A DNA stretch of 63,747 nucleotides, filler included, from Globobulimina sp. (GCA_003354225.1; 28 parts of 28 records of this genome joined end to end with filler, not necessarily neighbours in it); one strand, 5' to 3'; numbered from the whole stretch's first letter, positions 24,230 through 36,168 are shown. Numbers and translations are program-made. The notes: generated by a model not told the origin, from the sequence alone.

Positions 24230-25099
24230 AATAAGATTTGGGTCCAAATCCCAATCATCACATTTTTATATATCTTTTCTTTTTGTTTTTTTGAAGTAAA
24301 TTGAGGTTTTTTCGTTTCTATTTGAGTTCGTTTATTTAAGAGTTAATGTTAATTGTTAGATCAACATCACATAATTCCTAATTTTTTAACTGAGAGAAAA
24401 AGAAAAAGATGTTTTATTTGTGCAAGGATAAGATAGATCTGACTGTCAGATCAACAACAAAACAAAACGCACAAACAAAAAAAAATTAAAAAACGTTTGT
24501 CATTTTGTGTTGTTTGTGATGGTGATGATGGATGGCCAAACAATACGGCATCATCAAAACCATCAAACATTTCATTCACATCCAATTCTATATTTTCTTT
24601 ATTAAATCTCTCCTCTCAATCTATTAAATCCAATTCAAGCTAATCCAATTAATTCAATCTAATTAATGTTTAATTTAATTTAATTTAATTTTTTATTTAG
24701 CATTATGTCCATATACAATTCCATCAGCATATTAATCCAAATCTAAATCATATTCTTTATTTGCTTATAACCAGTGATGAACACTGAATCCCTTGAATTG
24801 ACTCGGTGAATCTCAAGGTTTTTCGAATCCTCGAATCTGAATCCTTGAATCCTTGAATACTGCGAATAAGCTCGAAAACATGAATGCTCGAAAAACTTCC
24901 TTCTTCCTTCTTCATCCGTTCGTCTCAGTGCTGGATCTGATGACGATGAGGATGGTGACGATGGCAGTGGTATGCACTCGTGCGACGTCTATGTATTTTN
25001 NNNNNNNNNNNNNNNNNNNNNNNNNNNNNNNNNNNNNNNNNNNTTAATTAATTAANNNNNNNNNNNNNNNNNNNNNNNNNNNNNNNNNNNNNNNNNNNN

Positions 25100-26352
25100 T
25101 TTATAAATCTCCAAAAATTAAAATAGAAACAAGTTTGGAAAAATCCGCACCAATAAATAAATGGTTATTAACTATAAAATTAGGAAAAGGGAGGTTTGGC
25201 GAAGTACGATTAGGATTGGGATTGGATAGACATTCAAGCACTGCCTATCAAGGACACTTATTTCATTATGGATTAATACCAAAATACGCAATAAAAAGAG
25301 CAACAATTTGTAAACAAAGAAATGAATATCAAGTACCAACATCGCACGCACTGTCTATTTTGAGAGAGATTAAAATATTAAGAAAAATCAAAAATAGGCA
25401 TGCAAATATTATATCATTTTATGGAAACGGCATGGTTTACGGCAAAATTATAATGTTTCTTGAATGGGTGCCAATTGGTTCAATGTTAAAAGTATTAAAA
25501 ATATGTCATAAATTTGATATTATTATCATTCAAATATATACAAAACAATTAGTTTCTGCTTTAGATTTTTTGCATCAAAATGGCATTTCGCATCGAGATA
25601 TTAAGTCCGCCAACATTTTATTATGTCAGCAAACTGTTTGTAAGATAGCGGATTTTGGTTCGATTCAAACAATTTCAAAAGATATTGTCGCGAAACCATC
25701 ACTTTGTGGCACAAGTTAAGATTATTTTATTTTAATTTTTTTTTTTAATTAATAATTGAAATCAGAATAAATTGATTGATTGAATTGATCAGTTCATTGG
25801 CAACCACCTGAAAACTTTGTAAAAAAGGATAATTATAAAAACAAATTCATGTTAAATAATGATACATTGCATTGTCATGATATATGGAGTTTGGGTGTAA
25901 CTGTCTGTGAAATGTTGAATGGATATCCACCGCATCATACTATGGATATCTATCAATTTATAAATTTTATGAAGAAAACACCAAATAAATATAAGATACC
26001 AAACTCAGTAAATAAAGATTTCAATGATTTTATGTTAAAATGTTTTCAAAGCAAACCACAAAATCGACCAAATACATCACAAATTATCAAACATCCGTTT
26101 ATTACAAAACAAGTGGAGTCATACACTGATAGTCAAATGCAACAATTATTGAATCATAATAAATTATTGCATGCCTTAAATAGAACTGCAACACGAAATG
26201 TAAATAATATAATAAAACAAAATGAACATTTATGGACTGATACGGATTCATTTCATAAATATTATTGTGCTCAAAACACTCCTGAAGCCATTTCAACAAA
26301 GGACAATTGCAAGCAAAATAATAAAATCTATAAAAAATATCCTACACATTAA
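25100..26352 (+). CDS. Ser/Thr protein kinase (STE/MAP3K-like), intron 25715-25792, 5'-truncated
   Basis: LGKGRFG, YAIK, REIKIL, FLEWVPIGS, HRDIKSANILL, ADFG, spliced CGTIHWQPPE, DIWSLGVTVCEM, RPNTSQIIKHPFI. Confidence 0.9.
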
Positions 26353-26596
26353 TTAATTTTTAATTTCTTTAATTTATTAATTGGGGATTGCATACAATGA
26401 AAAAAAGGTTACATTAGTTATCCTATCATTGGATTAGATATTGCCTGGTTTTTCTTTTTCAATTATGCAAGTTCAAGTTGTTTAAAAAAACTTAGCTAAG
26501 TTAGCTTGCAAAATGACAATATTGGTAGAACATTGATAATTATTTGATGTTGAATGACAAGACAATGCACTTAGAGTCTTAGACAGAAATATAATA

Positions 26597-27280
26597 TTAA
26601 ATCATTTGTTGATAATAACTGATTGAGCTTTTAGGAGTTTTTAATGGTTTTCTTTTAGTACAAACATGATAACAGCACAAATGACAGGATTTACAGATAG
26701 AATAATAAAGCCAATGATTAATATTCAGATTCAAATATAATACAAAACAATTTACCAACAAATAAATGGTTCTCGTGCATAACTCCACGGAGACGATCCG
26801 ATTATACATATTATCATTTAATGTGTCGCTGTCAATCACAAAGGTATAATATAACAAACAGCAGTACCATAATTGATTAAAAAATATCGACATTATCGAC
26901 AATATTGTATGCCGCACAATAATATTTATTAAATTCATTTGATTGCCATCTGCATCTGCATCGAATGACTCCTTTGTAGTTGATTCTATATCAAAGCCGG
27001 CCAAGGTGTCATGATATGTTTTTGCATGAAAATCCAATGAATCGCCGATATGATCATAGTTTAAAGAGCCATCCTCGTTTAATAATAATCGATTAGTGTC
27101 GTCATTTAACACTGTAATAAATTGATATTTAGTTATAAATTGTGCGTGTAATGAACGCGAGATTTGTCTCAGTTTGTAGATAAATAATGTGATGCACATA
27201 ATATTTAATATCGTGTCATTGATAATAATAATTAATATAGAAAACTTGTAACCAAATAATAAATTGAGATTAGCATAGCC
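26597..27280 (-). CDS. Multi-pass membrane protein C-terminal part (7TM-like), 5'-truncated
   Basis: Three hydrophobic helices around a long loop, ending in a Cys-rich tail (YYSICKSCHLCCYHVC). Confidence 0.55.
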   Translation of the reverse strand, partial: GYANLNLLFGYKFSILIIIINDTILNIMCITLFIYKLRQISRSLHAQFITKYQFITVLNDDTNRLLLNEDGSLNYDHIGDSLDFHAKTYHDTLAGFDIESTTKESFDADADGNQMNLINIIVRHTILSIMSIFFNQLWYCCLLYYTFVIDSDTLNDNMYNRIVSVELCTRTIYLLVNCFVLYLNLNINHWLYYSICKSCHLCCYHVCTKRKPLKTPKSSISYYQQMI

Positions 27281-27380
27281 NNNNNNNNNNNNNNNNNNNN
27301 NNNNNNNNNNNNNNNNNNNNNNNNTTAATTAATTAANNNNNNNNNNNNNNNNNNNNNNNNNNNNNNNNNNNNNNNNNNNN

Positions 27381-29299
27381 ATCCTCACCAATTGTACACA
27401 AAAATATGTAAAACGTACGGAATTGCCCCAAAATGCAAAATAGCATATCCTAAAAATCAAAATAAAAATAAGAAAACTAACAATAAAAACAATAACAAAT
27501 CAGTTGGTAAACAATATTGCAGTGTTTATGAGTTTTCGTCGCCCCAATCGGACAGCGCATATTTGCCTCATTGGATAATCGAAAACATCGGAATCAACGA
27601 AGGCGATGAAATAGAATTACAGTCACAATTTAACATTGAAAAAGGCAGTTTTTGTAAGTTACAACCATTTAAGCAAGAATTTATGGATAAAGTTGGTACC
27701 ATTGGCTATAAATCCACACTCGAACACTCATTAAGACACTATTCCGTTTTATCCCTAAATCAACGCATTGTGGTCGAATTTAATCATTTTCCCTATCAAT
27801 GCATTGTAAAAGACACAAAACCACAAAATGTCATTTCCATTCTTGGCTGCACCGATCTTGAAATTGAATTTGAAGAACCATTACAAACACAAACACAAAC
27901 ACATTCAATTGATATTGATATTGATATTGACATTGATAATGATAATGATAATGATAAAATTGATAATGAGAAGGAGAATGATACGAAAATAATTGATGGT
28001 GATTTATTAAAGAAGTTAGGTGTTCCATTGGATTATAATCAACAAATAAATTTGGCGGCAATGATTCTTGAAAATAGAAAATTAGAATTTAATGATATTA
28101 GTGTTGCACAAGAAAAAGAAGAGGAAAAAGAAAAAGAAACAGAAACAGAAACAGAAACAGAAAAAGAGAGAGAGATATCCATTGAGATTGAGATTGGAGA
28201 AAATGACGTTGAATGTAGTAATTGTGGCAAATATGTCCATTCAATGTCCATCCAAATGCATGAAATGCACTGCCAGCGAGAATTTGTGATTTGCCAAATA
28301 TGCAATAAATGTATTCGTATTGGAACAAAACATTTTGATGATTTCCATAAAGAATTTAAATGCATTTGTAATGAGAATGTGATATTGTTTGGATTTAAGA
28401 GATACAATTTTCATATTTTAAATGAATGCAAATTGCGGAATTGTGAGTGTTTATATTGTAATCGAGGGGATATTGCATATAATGAGCTGGAGTCACATCA
28501 ATTGTTATGTGGCGAGAATATAATAAGTTGTTCGATTGCGACTTGTAATAAAAAATATAAATTAAAAGATAAACTGTGGCACGAATCGCATGATTGTGGC
28601 ATAGTTTGTGTATTATGTAATGAATATATATGCCATTCAAAAGATAAACTATTGCATTTATTAACCATTTGCAAACAACGAAGAGCAATTTGTAATTATT
28701 GCGGTATATTTCGAACGTGTATTGATATGGAGCAACACCGCAAATTTTGTGGTTCGCGATCTGAAAAATGTGATAAATGCAATGAATTCGTGTCATTAAT
28801 GAATATGGAGCCGCACATACAATCCAATTGTCAGTGGTTTAGTAATAATCAATTATCTGTAAAAAAAAGAAATAATAATAATAATAATAATAATGACAAT
28901 GGCAATAATGATACCGATACATCTGATTCATCCATACTTGGTTTATTAAGTCATAATTTCTCAGCGTCAGCCAATTTAATTTCGTCATCAATAACATGTA
29001 CAAATAAACAATTATGCCCATATTGCAAAACAAATGATATATTAATGGAAGAAGAAGAATTTCAAATTCATATTGCCACAAAACACCCGTCGTTGGTGAA
29101 CGAGTTGTTGACCCAAACAATTATGGCTTCGTTTCATAATCCAGATATTTTAAAAAAATGTGACAACAATAATAACAATATTAATACAAAAAAAAAGAAG
29201 AAAAAAAGATCAAACCAATGGAATTGTAATGTGTGCACTTTCAAAAACACAAAGACAAAAAGTAGGTGCATGGTCTGTCAAACTGCAAAACAAACCTAA
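27381..29299 (+). CDS. UFD1-like domain + TRAF-type zinc-finger array + C-terminal RanBP2/NZF zinc finger
   Basis: UFD1 part: CSVYEFSS...AYLPHWII...GSFCKLQP...LEHSLRHYSVLS...DLEIEFEEP. Repeated CxxC...H...C fingers follow, then WNCNVCTFKN......CMVC (NZF with the TF motif). Confidence 0.82.
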
Positions 29300-30737
29300 C
29301 ATCGACACAATTTCTCTGAATTAATTAATTGTTATTTATTCTGGCGACTTAATTTAAAAATACATGAAGTTCAACCAATGATAAATAATTTTCCAGGGCA
29401 AACAATTGACTAGTGCTAACTAACTTTTTTCTAAGTACTAATACTTAAAACTTCAAAAAGCACTTAGTCAATTGCCTGCTGGGAGCGTGGATTAATTAAA
29501 AGTACTCATTCCACTCCTCCCTTGACCTGATTATAGAATCTATAAATCATTTGAAAAATAGNNNNNNNNNNNNNNNNNNNNNNNNNNNNNNNNNNNNNNN
29601 NNNNNTTAATTAATTAANNNNNNNNNNNNNNNNNNNNNNNNNNNNNNNNNNNNNNNNNNNNCTATTTTATTAAATAAAAGTGTTTTTCGTTTCTATTTTA
29701 TTAAATAAAACAGTTCTGGCTATAGCAAAAAACAGCAAATAAAGTTACTTTTATGGCGTTGTTAGGTAATAAAAATCAATTAATAATCAATTCCTAATCA
29801 AACTCCGGAGATCTTTGTGTAAAAACTTGTCTAGAATCAAATGTCACAAAAGGATGATTAAAAATCACTTGAGTAGCATCCCAGACTGTAGTGAAAATCC
29901 CAAAAACCTTAAGCTTTAGCAAATGTCACAGCATGTCAGCTCAAATAATGTATGAATTTAATATTTGGTCATCGAGTTTATTCAACCGTATTTATACACA
30001 CATGAGACATTGTCGTTGAATTTGTAGATGAAATTGCATTTCATGCATCGCATTATGGAGCAACGACAAATTCGTCCGATGCCAGTCATACAATATACAG
30101 ATTCGCATGCTTCATTTTGGCAAATATCGCATGTATTAGTATCGAATCCAATTTCTAGCGTAAATTGACTTAATTCGTGCTGGAACCAAGGGTTATTTTA
30201 TGACATTTGAAATAAATTTCCTTTATCCTTAGATTTAATGTGGGTGTGGGTACTAATTGCAATCACAACGCAACCAGTACACAACAAGCATTTATTTAAT
30301 ACCATAATAAATACCATGTTTGTGTTGGGTGCTGAATGGCACTCAATCTCTAATAATATCATTTAAACTATTTCTAATGCATTAAAAATACCATACCCAT
30401 TCCAACTCCATTCCAACTCCATATCCATTCCAAATATTTTAGTATTTGTGTGCATGTGCTGATAAGTTTCCTTGTTCGTTCCTTTTTGTTTACAAAAGGT
30501 CACGAAATCGTACCGTTTCTGTGGAAAGAGCCATATGAAAGAAGCGACGGCATAGTAAAAAAATGTAAAGAAAAGGATGGTGCTCACAGTACGATGTGTT
30601 TTTGTGCGATATTTGTTAATGAAAGTCCGATCATTTTGTACATGCCAACTGACCGATCATTTTGTTTCATCCGTCACAAAACTGTTTTTTGAAGTACTCC
30701 AGTCATTGATGCTCATTAAGTTCCATTTTGAGGTAAC

Positions 30738-31841
30738 ATGAAGGAACCGGGAATCACTGATCCCCAACAAATCGAACGTTTGCGTTTATGGCCGGAAAAC
30801 GTTTCTGCCGCTCGATTTCTGTTAGCCGGAGCATTTCTGGAATTTATCGGGAATGGCATATTGTATCCATTGTATGTCACATAAATTATATAATTACGAT
30901 TAATATATGAGTCGATCCTATTGGACACTATACGATATATAGCTATCTTTGTAAGACCCACCTTCAAACAAACACAAGTCCCCAAACTGGGCACGGAAAT
31001 CCGTTCATTCACTTAATTAAACAATCGCAAGCCATCACCTCTCAGCAGGGCATCAGAGGTATGATAACAATAGAAATTTATCGAAATTTCAGTCATAATT
31101 ACTCAATCCACAAAAACAGGACTGTACAGAGGATATCTTTGGAGCACTCTGGGATCGTTTCCCGGACTCATTGCTCACGTTTCTGTGTATACAATAGCTA
31201 AATATCAGTTATCTTATCAGGAATTGGATGCGTCGCATAATCTATTCTCCCATGCAACAGATGATAACTCTGATAGCTCCGCCATGGCCACACAACATGG
31301 CAATGCATCTCCGTACAACGCCCTGATCCCAATGGTCAGTGGTTTGATTGCTGAGAGTGTCGCAGTGTTTGCCTATGTTCCTCAGGAAGTGGTGGCGCAA
31401 AGGTACGAATATTGTATACTCACTGTACTGTATATAACATATTGTGAACCGACAGATTGCAGTTAGCTCCGACAAATTTAAAGTTGTGGGATGTGGTCAA
31501 AGCAGTTTATCACGAAAATGGCATCAATTCTTTCTGGAGAGGCACTTTTGCGGCATACGGTTTGTTTGCTTTGTTGCATAACATTTTGGTGTCAATTAAC
31601 TATAATAAGTGCTGTATAGCGAGTTATTTGCCGTCGTCGGCGTTATGGTGGGGTTCCTACGAATTTTACAAAAATATAATTTGTAAAAGAAAAGAGCGGC
31701 AGAATTTAGTGGGATACTCCATTTCTGGGGTATTTGGAGGAGTGACCACTGCCATATTTACAAATCCGATCGATATCATTCGTACAAGGATTCAAACACA
31801 AAAAGGAACATACGGAGCAACAAAGATTTTGCCAGTTGTGT
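30738..31841 (+). CDS. Mitochondrial carrier (SLC25 family, SLC25A44-like), multi-exon, 3'-truncated
   Basis: Exons read MKEPG...GILYP|..KTHLQ...QGIR|GLYRGYLWSTLGSFP...YVPQEVVAQR...GINSFWRG...YLPSSALWWGSYE...TNPIDIIRTRIQ, with carrier PxD/ExxxxR motifs. Confidence 0.88.
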
Positions 31842-31941
31842 NNNNNNNNNNNNNNNNNNNNNNNNNNNNNNNNNNNNNNNNNNNNTTAATTAATTAANNN
31901 NNNNNNNNNNNNNNNNNNNNNNNNNNNNNNNNNNNNNNNNN

Positions 31942-32683
31942 ATGGGAAGCAAAGCATAATATTGATATGACGCAGTATATTATCCCACAGCATGGATATC
32001 AATCATTTAATGACTTTTTTGCCAGAGAAATTAAGCCAGAATGTAGACCAATCGATTCAGCACAGAATGATTCAATTATTGTGTCGCCGTGTGATGGAAG
32101 GATAGTTGACATTGAATATGATTTATCCTCGGATACTAACATTTGTGTAAAAGGCGTAAATTACAGTTTGGCCACAATGTTAATGAATGATTATTACGCA
32201 AAGCAATTTATTGGGTGTACATTAATTCACATTTACTTGAGAGATCATAATTATCATAGATTCCATTTTTCTGTGTCGGGATATACGTCGCAGATCGATG
32301 CAATCGGCGGATATCAGTTTTGGATGCCAGCTGACGTCATCTATTTCACTGAGAATTATTATAAATGGTTAACATATAATTGTAGACGCACTGTGTTATA
32401 TGTGGATACCGGCAAATTTGGAGTTGTGGCACATAATTATGTTGGAGTATGGTTAGTAAATTCCATTGATATCCATATTGATCCAGGTGACTATGTTAGC
32501 AAAGGAGATGAAACTGGTAATTTCAAATATGGCGGATCAAGCATAGTCGTATTATTTCAAAAAGATGCGTTGAAGCAAGTTCTGGTGGAAAAACCACAAA
32601 TGGTCAACGTTGGCCAAAGAATAGCAATCGCAAACATGAACTTTAAAACTCAGAGAGAAATATATAAGTCAAATAACTGTTGA
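31942..32683 (+). CDS. Phosphatidylserine decarboxylase (PSD2-like), 5'-truncated
   Basis: YQSFNDFFAREIKPECRPI, IVSPCDG, NYHRFH, KGDETGNFKYGGSSIV (self-cleavage GGS motif). Confidence 0.9.
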
Positions 32684-33188
32684 TTAATATCCATGATTTC
32701 AGATTTAATGTTTTTATTTATTTTATATTTTATTTTATATTTCAGATTTAATGTTATTCCGTTCCGTTCCAATCTGTTTTTATTTTATTTTTTAGAGTGT
32801 GGTTTTTCAGATTGTGATCTTTCAAATTTCAAATTAATTATTTAAGTATACACTTTTTGTATACATTTCAAATGTATCGAGTTTGATTATTGATAATCTA
32901 TCCAGTTTAACTATTTATAATCAAATGAGATTACTGTTATAATATGTCGATTGGAGCCGTAATCAAATTTGATTATATACTTACTTTTATTGTGGTGATC
33001 GATAAACTCCAAAAGTTGAAGTCCGATCACCACCACAATGAAAATTAGCTCAATAGTTGTGCCTGCAGTGAAATGAGTGAATAGTTGAATATGAATACTA
33101 ACAATATCCAAAAGCGGAAAAACGTTTTTGTGCAAGGATAAAGAAATAATATTTACTCTAATAATACTATAAAACAAACTATTATTAT

Positions 33189-33985
33189 TTATAAGAGTCC
33201 ACCTCTCTGCAATGCAGCGTTGACAACAATATTCTGTACATCGCTAAACACATTTTCTACATTATTCTTATCCGTCGCACAGGTCACATGACAATATATC
33301 TCCCGCCCACTGGGATTCTTATTAAGTGCAACAAACTGTGCCTTAATAAATTCAATGCCATCCTTATATGAGTTATCCCCCGCATAGGCATTAAAGCATA
33401 CTTTCAAAACTTTCTTCTTGTCTTCCAATTTATAGCGAAATAAATCGCATTTGTTCAAGAATAATATCATCGAAGTAGGTCGAAACCAGCGACTATTTAA
33501 TATCTCGTCCCACAAATTTAACGTTTCATGCATTGCATTCACATATGCCGTCTCATACAAACCCTGATCAAAACAGGACAAACCGGCAATAAATATCACT
33601 GCCGTCACATTGTCAAAGCAATGGATCCATTTTGAACGTTCACATTTCTGTCCGCCAGCGTCGTAAATATGAAATGTATTGTTATTGATCTGAAAGGTGG
33701 CCGATATAATGCCTGTGGTCGGCGTCCGTACCAATAATATGTCCCGCTCCGTCGGCTCATAATCTTGTTTACAAATTCGATCCAACGCATTAAAAAAATA
33801 TGAGGAGGAATCTACAATGGATAGATTGCTGCGGTTCTCGTAGGATAATTTTATAGACTCTGCGTCCCAAATGATTTGAATCTTGCGTGCGACCTCTTTA
33901 TTGATCTCACAGTCTGAGGGCAGATTTTGTAAATCTGAGATGGCGGCTTCCTGTGTTTCACTTAATTTATATTCAAAACTGCGAC
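33189..33985 (-). CDS. Heterotrimeric G-protein alpha subunit; N-terminus lost at a chimeric junction
   Basis: DSSSYFF...DILLVRTPTTGI...DAGGQKCERSKWIHCFDNVTAVIF...ILFLNKCDLF...HVTCATD. Confidence 0.95.
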
Positions 33986-34121
33986 ATTGGACGATTACGG
34001 CGCGGATATGATATGCCTGCAACTGGCCAGCATCGATCCCAACGGGCAGGACCGGCCTGCGGCGGAGGCCTCGGCGGTGGTAAAGCAGGTGGCCGATGCC
34101 GTGGACGTGCCGATGATCGTG
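33986..34121 (+). CDS. acsD: Bacterial acetyl-CoA synthase complex corrinoid Fe-S protein small (delta) subunit fragment
   Basis: Abrupt GC-rich segment translating DDYGADMICLQLASIDPNGQDRPAAEASAVVKQVADAVDVPMIV, which matches the AcsD/CdhD pattern (GADxIxLxLxSxDP...VxxAVDVPL). Confidence 0.75.
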
Positions 34122-34221
34122 NNNNNNNNNNNNNNNNNNNNNNNNNNNNNNNNNNNNNNNNNNNNTTAATTAATTAANNNNNNNNNNNNNNNNNNNNNNN
34201 NNNNNNNNNNNNNNNNNNNNN

Positions 34222-35028
34222 GCTGATATTAACGAAGTGCTCACATTTGACAGAGTACATAAATCTCGTCTTCATACAATCATTGGCCGAACCAGACATA
34301 GTGCCCAGTTTTCACGACCACTTGCTGTATTAGCCCGTAACTTAGATGCATTCGTATATGCAACACCTGCCTTGCAACAGTATATTAATGTGAACAAGGA
34401 CCTACGTGCAGACTTATGTTTCATAATTTGGGGTATAAATTTCGCGGCAGATACAGGCTCTTCATTTGAGTATGTAGTAAAACCAGCAAACTCCGCTGAC
34501 GTGATTGGATATACGGATGCAGCTAAAGTGCACGGTGGAGTAGGAGGATATTTACATACACCAAAAGGAAGTTGGTTTCAATGTCATTGGAATCAAATTA
34601 AGATGTCTGATCCCACCAAGCGAGACATACAATGGAGGGAGTTAGTGGCTGTCTATATTTTATTGAAAGTTAACAAAAAACGACTACGACATAAAGCCAT
34701 AACAGTTTACTGTGACAATGAACCCGTATGTTGGATGATAAGCAAATTTAGAGCCACTTTGACTAGACCCGACTTACAATGCGTGTTGAGAGAAATCGGA
34801 AAACTCTTAATTGAGAATGAAATCCATCTATGGATGGAACATATCGAGGGTGAAAAGAATATCACCGCGGATAATTTGTCCAGATTTTATAACGAACCTC
34901 TACGTGAGTGTCTGGTACCACTTAAAAATAAACCTACTCGTTGTCAGAAAGCCTTACAAGAGATTACGACATTATGTGAACAGTTCGAAATTGAGCGTCA
35001 ATATTTGGTAAAAGATAAAAAAGACTAG
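34222..35028 (+). CDS. RT connection + DIRS1-type RNase H domain (5'-truncated pol)
   Basis: Catalytic D-E-D-D residues: IGYTDAA...GGVGG, IQWRELVAV, TVYCDNEPV, EHIEGEKNITADNLSR. Confidence 0.9.
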   Translation, partial: ADINEVLTFDRVHKSRLHTIIGRTRHSAQFSRPLAVLARNLDAFVYATPALQQYINVNKDLRADLCFIIWGINFAADTGSSFEYVVKPANSADVIGYTDAAKVHGGVGGYLHTPKGSWFQCHWNQIKMSDPTKRDIQWRELVAVYILLKVNKKRLRHKAITVYCDNEPVCWMISKFRATLTRPDLQCVLREIGKLLIENEIHLWMEHIEGEKNITADNLSRFYNEPLRECLVPLKNKPTRCQKALQEITTLCEQFEIERQYLVKDKKD

Positions 35029-36168
35029 CTTGACCATAGTATCCCCCATTGTTTATTTTATTTCATTTTTTTCTTTCATTCTCACCAAAAATTTTTTCAC
35101 CTCAAACACTCACTTACAACTAAGTTCGCGCTCGAAGATAAGACTGCATATGATTTGGGATTAGCAGCTGACGCAGCACGAACTAGAAAGAAAGATAAAT
35201 CATACATCCGATATTACTTCAAATTTTGCAAAATTAAACAATTGCACTCCCTCAATTTCGTTAGAGAAATGACACCAGAAAAAATGATGGGCAGATTTTT
35301 AGGTTGGCTATATTGGGAAAAAACCTTTAAAGGAAAAGATATCCCACATGGTGTCGCAACAGCTTGTTTAACAGCGTTAGGAAAATACTGGAATGATAAT
35401 GGCTTAACATTCGTCAGAAAAAACCATCCAGCTATATCACGCAAGTTGATTGGGTACAAGAAATGGAGGCCTAGCCTCAAACGAGCGAGAAAACCATGGT
35501 GTTTGACTCATATGAAGCTGGCGATGAAAATACTGTTAAGCTCCAAAACAGAATTATCTCTCACAATAGCAGCTTGCCTAGCCGTTGGTTATTGGTGGGG
35601 TTGTCGGGTCGGTGAGTATACCTCCAGCCCTAGCACCATCGAATTAGGTGATGTTCCATTACGGTTTAAACATTTCACTTGGTTTTTTAATAAAAACGGC
35701 AAACTACTTTCCGTCGCGATAAAAATCGAAAAATCTAAATGTAACCAATACGGAGAGAAAAATGAAACCTTACCAGTCGATTGCACATGCAAAGCGCACG
35801 GTAAAGCAACATGTGGACCACATTTATTGCAAGCATTGTGCAAAGCCAAAGTTAGGTCACGAGGACGTGAATTAAGACGCAATGATTTAATTTTCGAAAA
35901 GTCCTACAGAAAGGCTATGACGGCAGATTGCATCAATAATTCATTGGAGGTGTTGGCCAACCGCATAGGTCTGAAAGGCACCGAGTATCGTAGCCATTCT
36001 TTAAGAATTGGAAGAGCTACCGACTTAGCTCGATCTAATATGCGCGATTATTTAATTGCGCGATGGGGACGTTGGTCCACAGACTGTTGGCAGAAAATTT
36101 ATATCCGGTTAGACTTTACAGATTTAGCAAAGATGTCCAACACGACCATTAGTGCAATAAGACGTTAA
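35029..36168 (+). CDS. Tyrosine recombinase (YR) of the retrotransposon; start codon uncertain
   Basis: GCRVGEY (R), KSKCNQ (K), HSLRIG (HxxR), GRWS (W), QKIYIR (Y). The frame is open from just after the RNase H TAG, and the first ATG is at 35269. Confidence 0.9.
   Translation, partial: LDHSIPHCLFYFIFFFHSHQKFFHLKHSLTTKFALEDKTAYDLGLAADAARTRKKDKSYIRYYFKFCKIKQLHSLNFVREMTPEKMMGRFLGWLYWEKTFKGKDIPHGVATACLTALGKYWNDNGLTFVRKNHPAISRKLIGYKKWRPSLKRARKPWCLTHMKLAMKILLSSKTELSLTIAACLAVGYWWGCRVGEYTSSPSTIELGDVPLRFKHFTWFFNKNGKLLSVAIKIEKSKCNQYGEKNETLPVDCTCKAHGKATCGPHLLQALCKAKVRSRGRELRRNDLIFEKSYRKAMTADCINNSLEVLANRIGLKGTEYRSHSLRIGRATDLARSNMRDYLIARWGRWSTDCWQKIYIRLDFTDLAKMSNTTISAIRR

Noticed and set aside
24600-24860. 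AATTT-rich and GAATCCTT tandem tracts
   Set aside because: Simple low-complexity sequence with no spacer structure.
33953-34177. G-alpha N-terminus MQAYHIRAVIVQ and ORF 33953-34177
   Set aside because: Both are readings across the chimeric junction with the bacterial acsD fragment.
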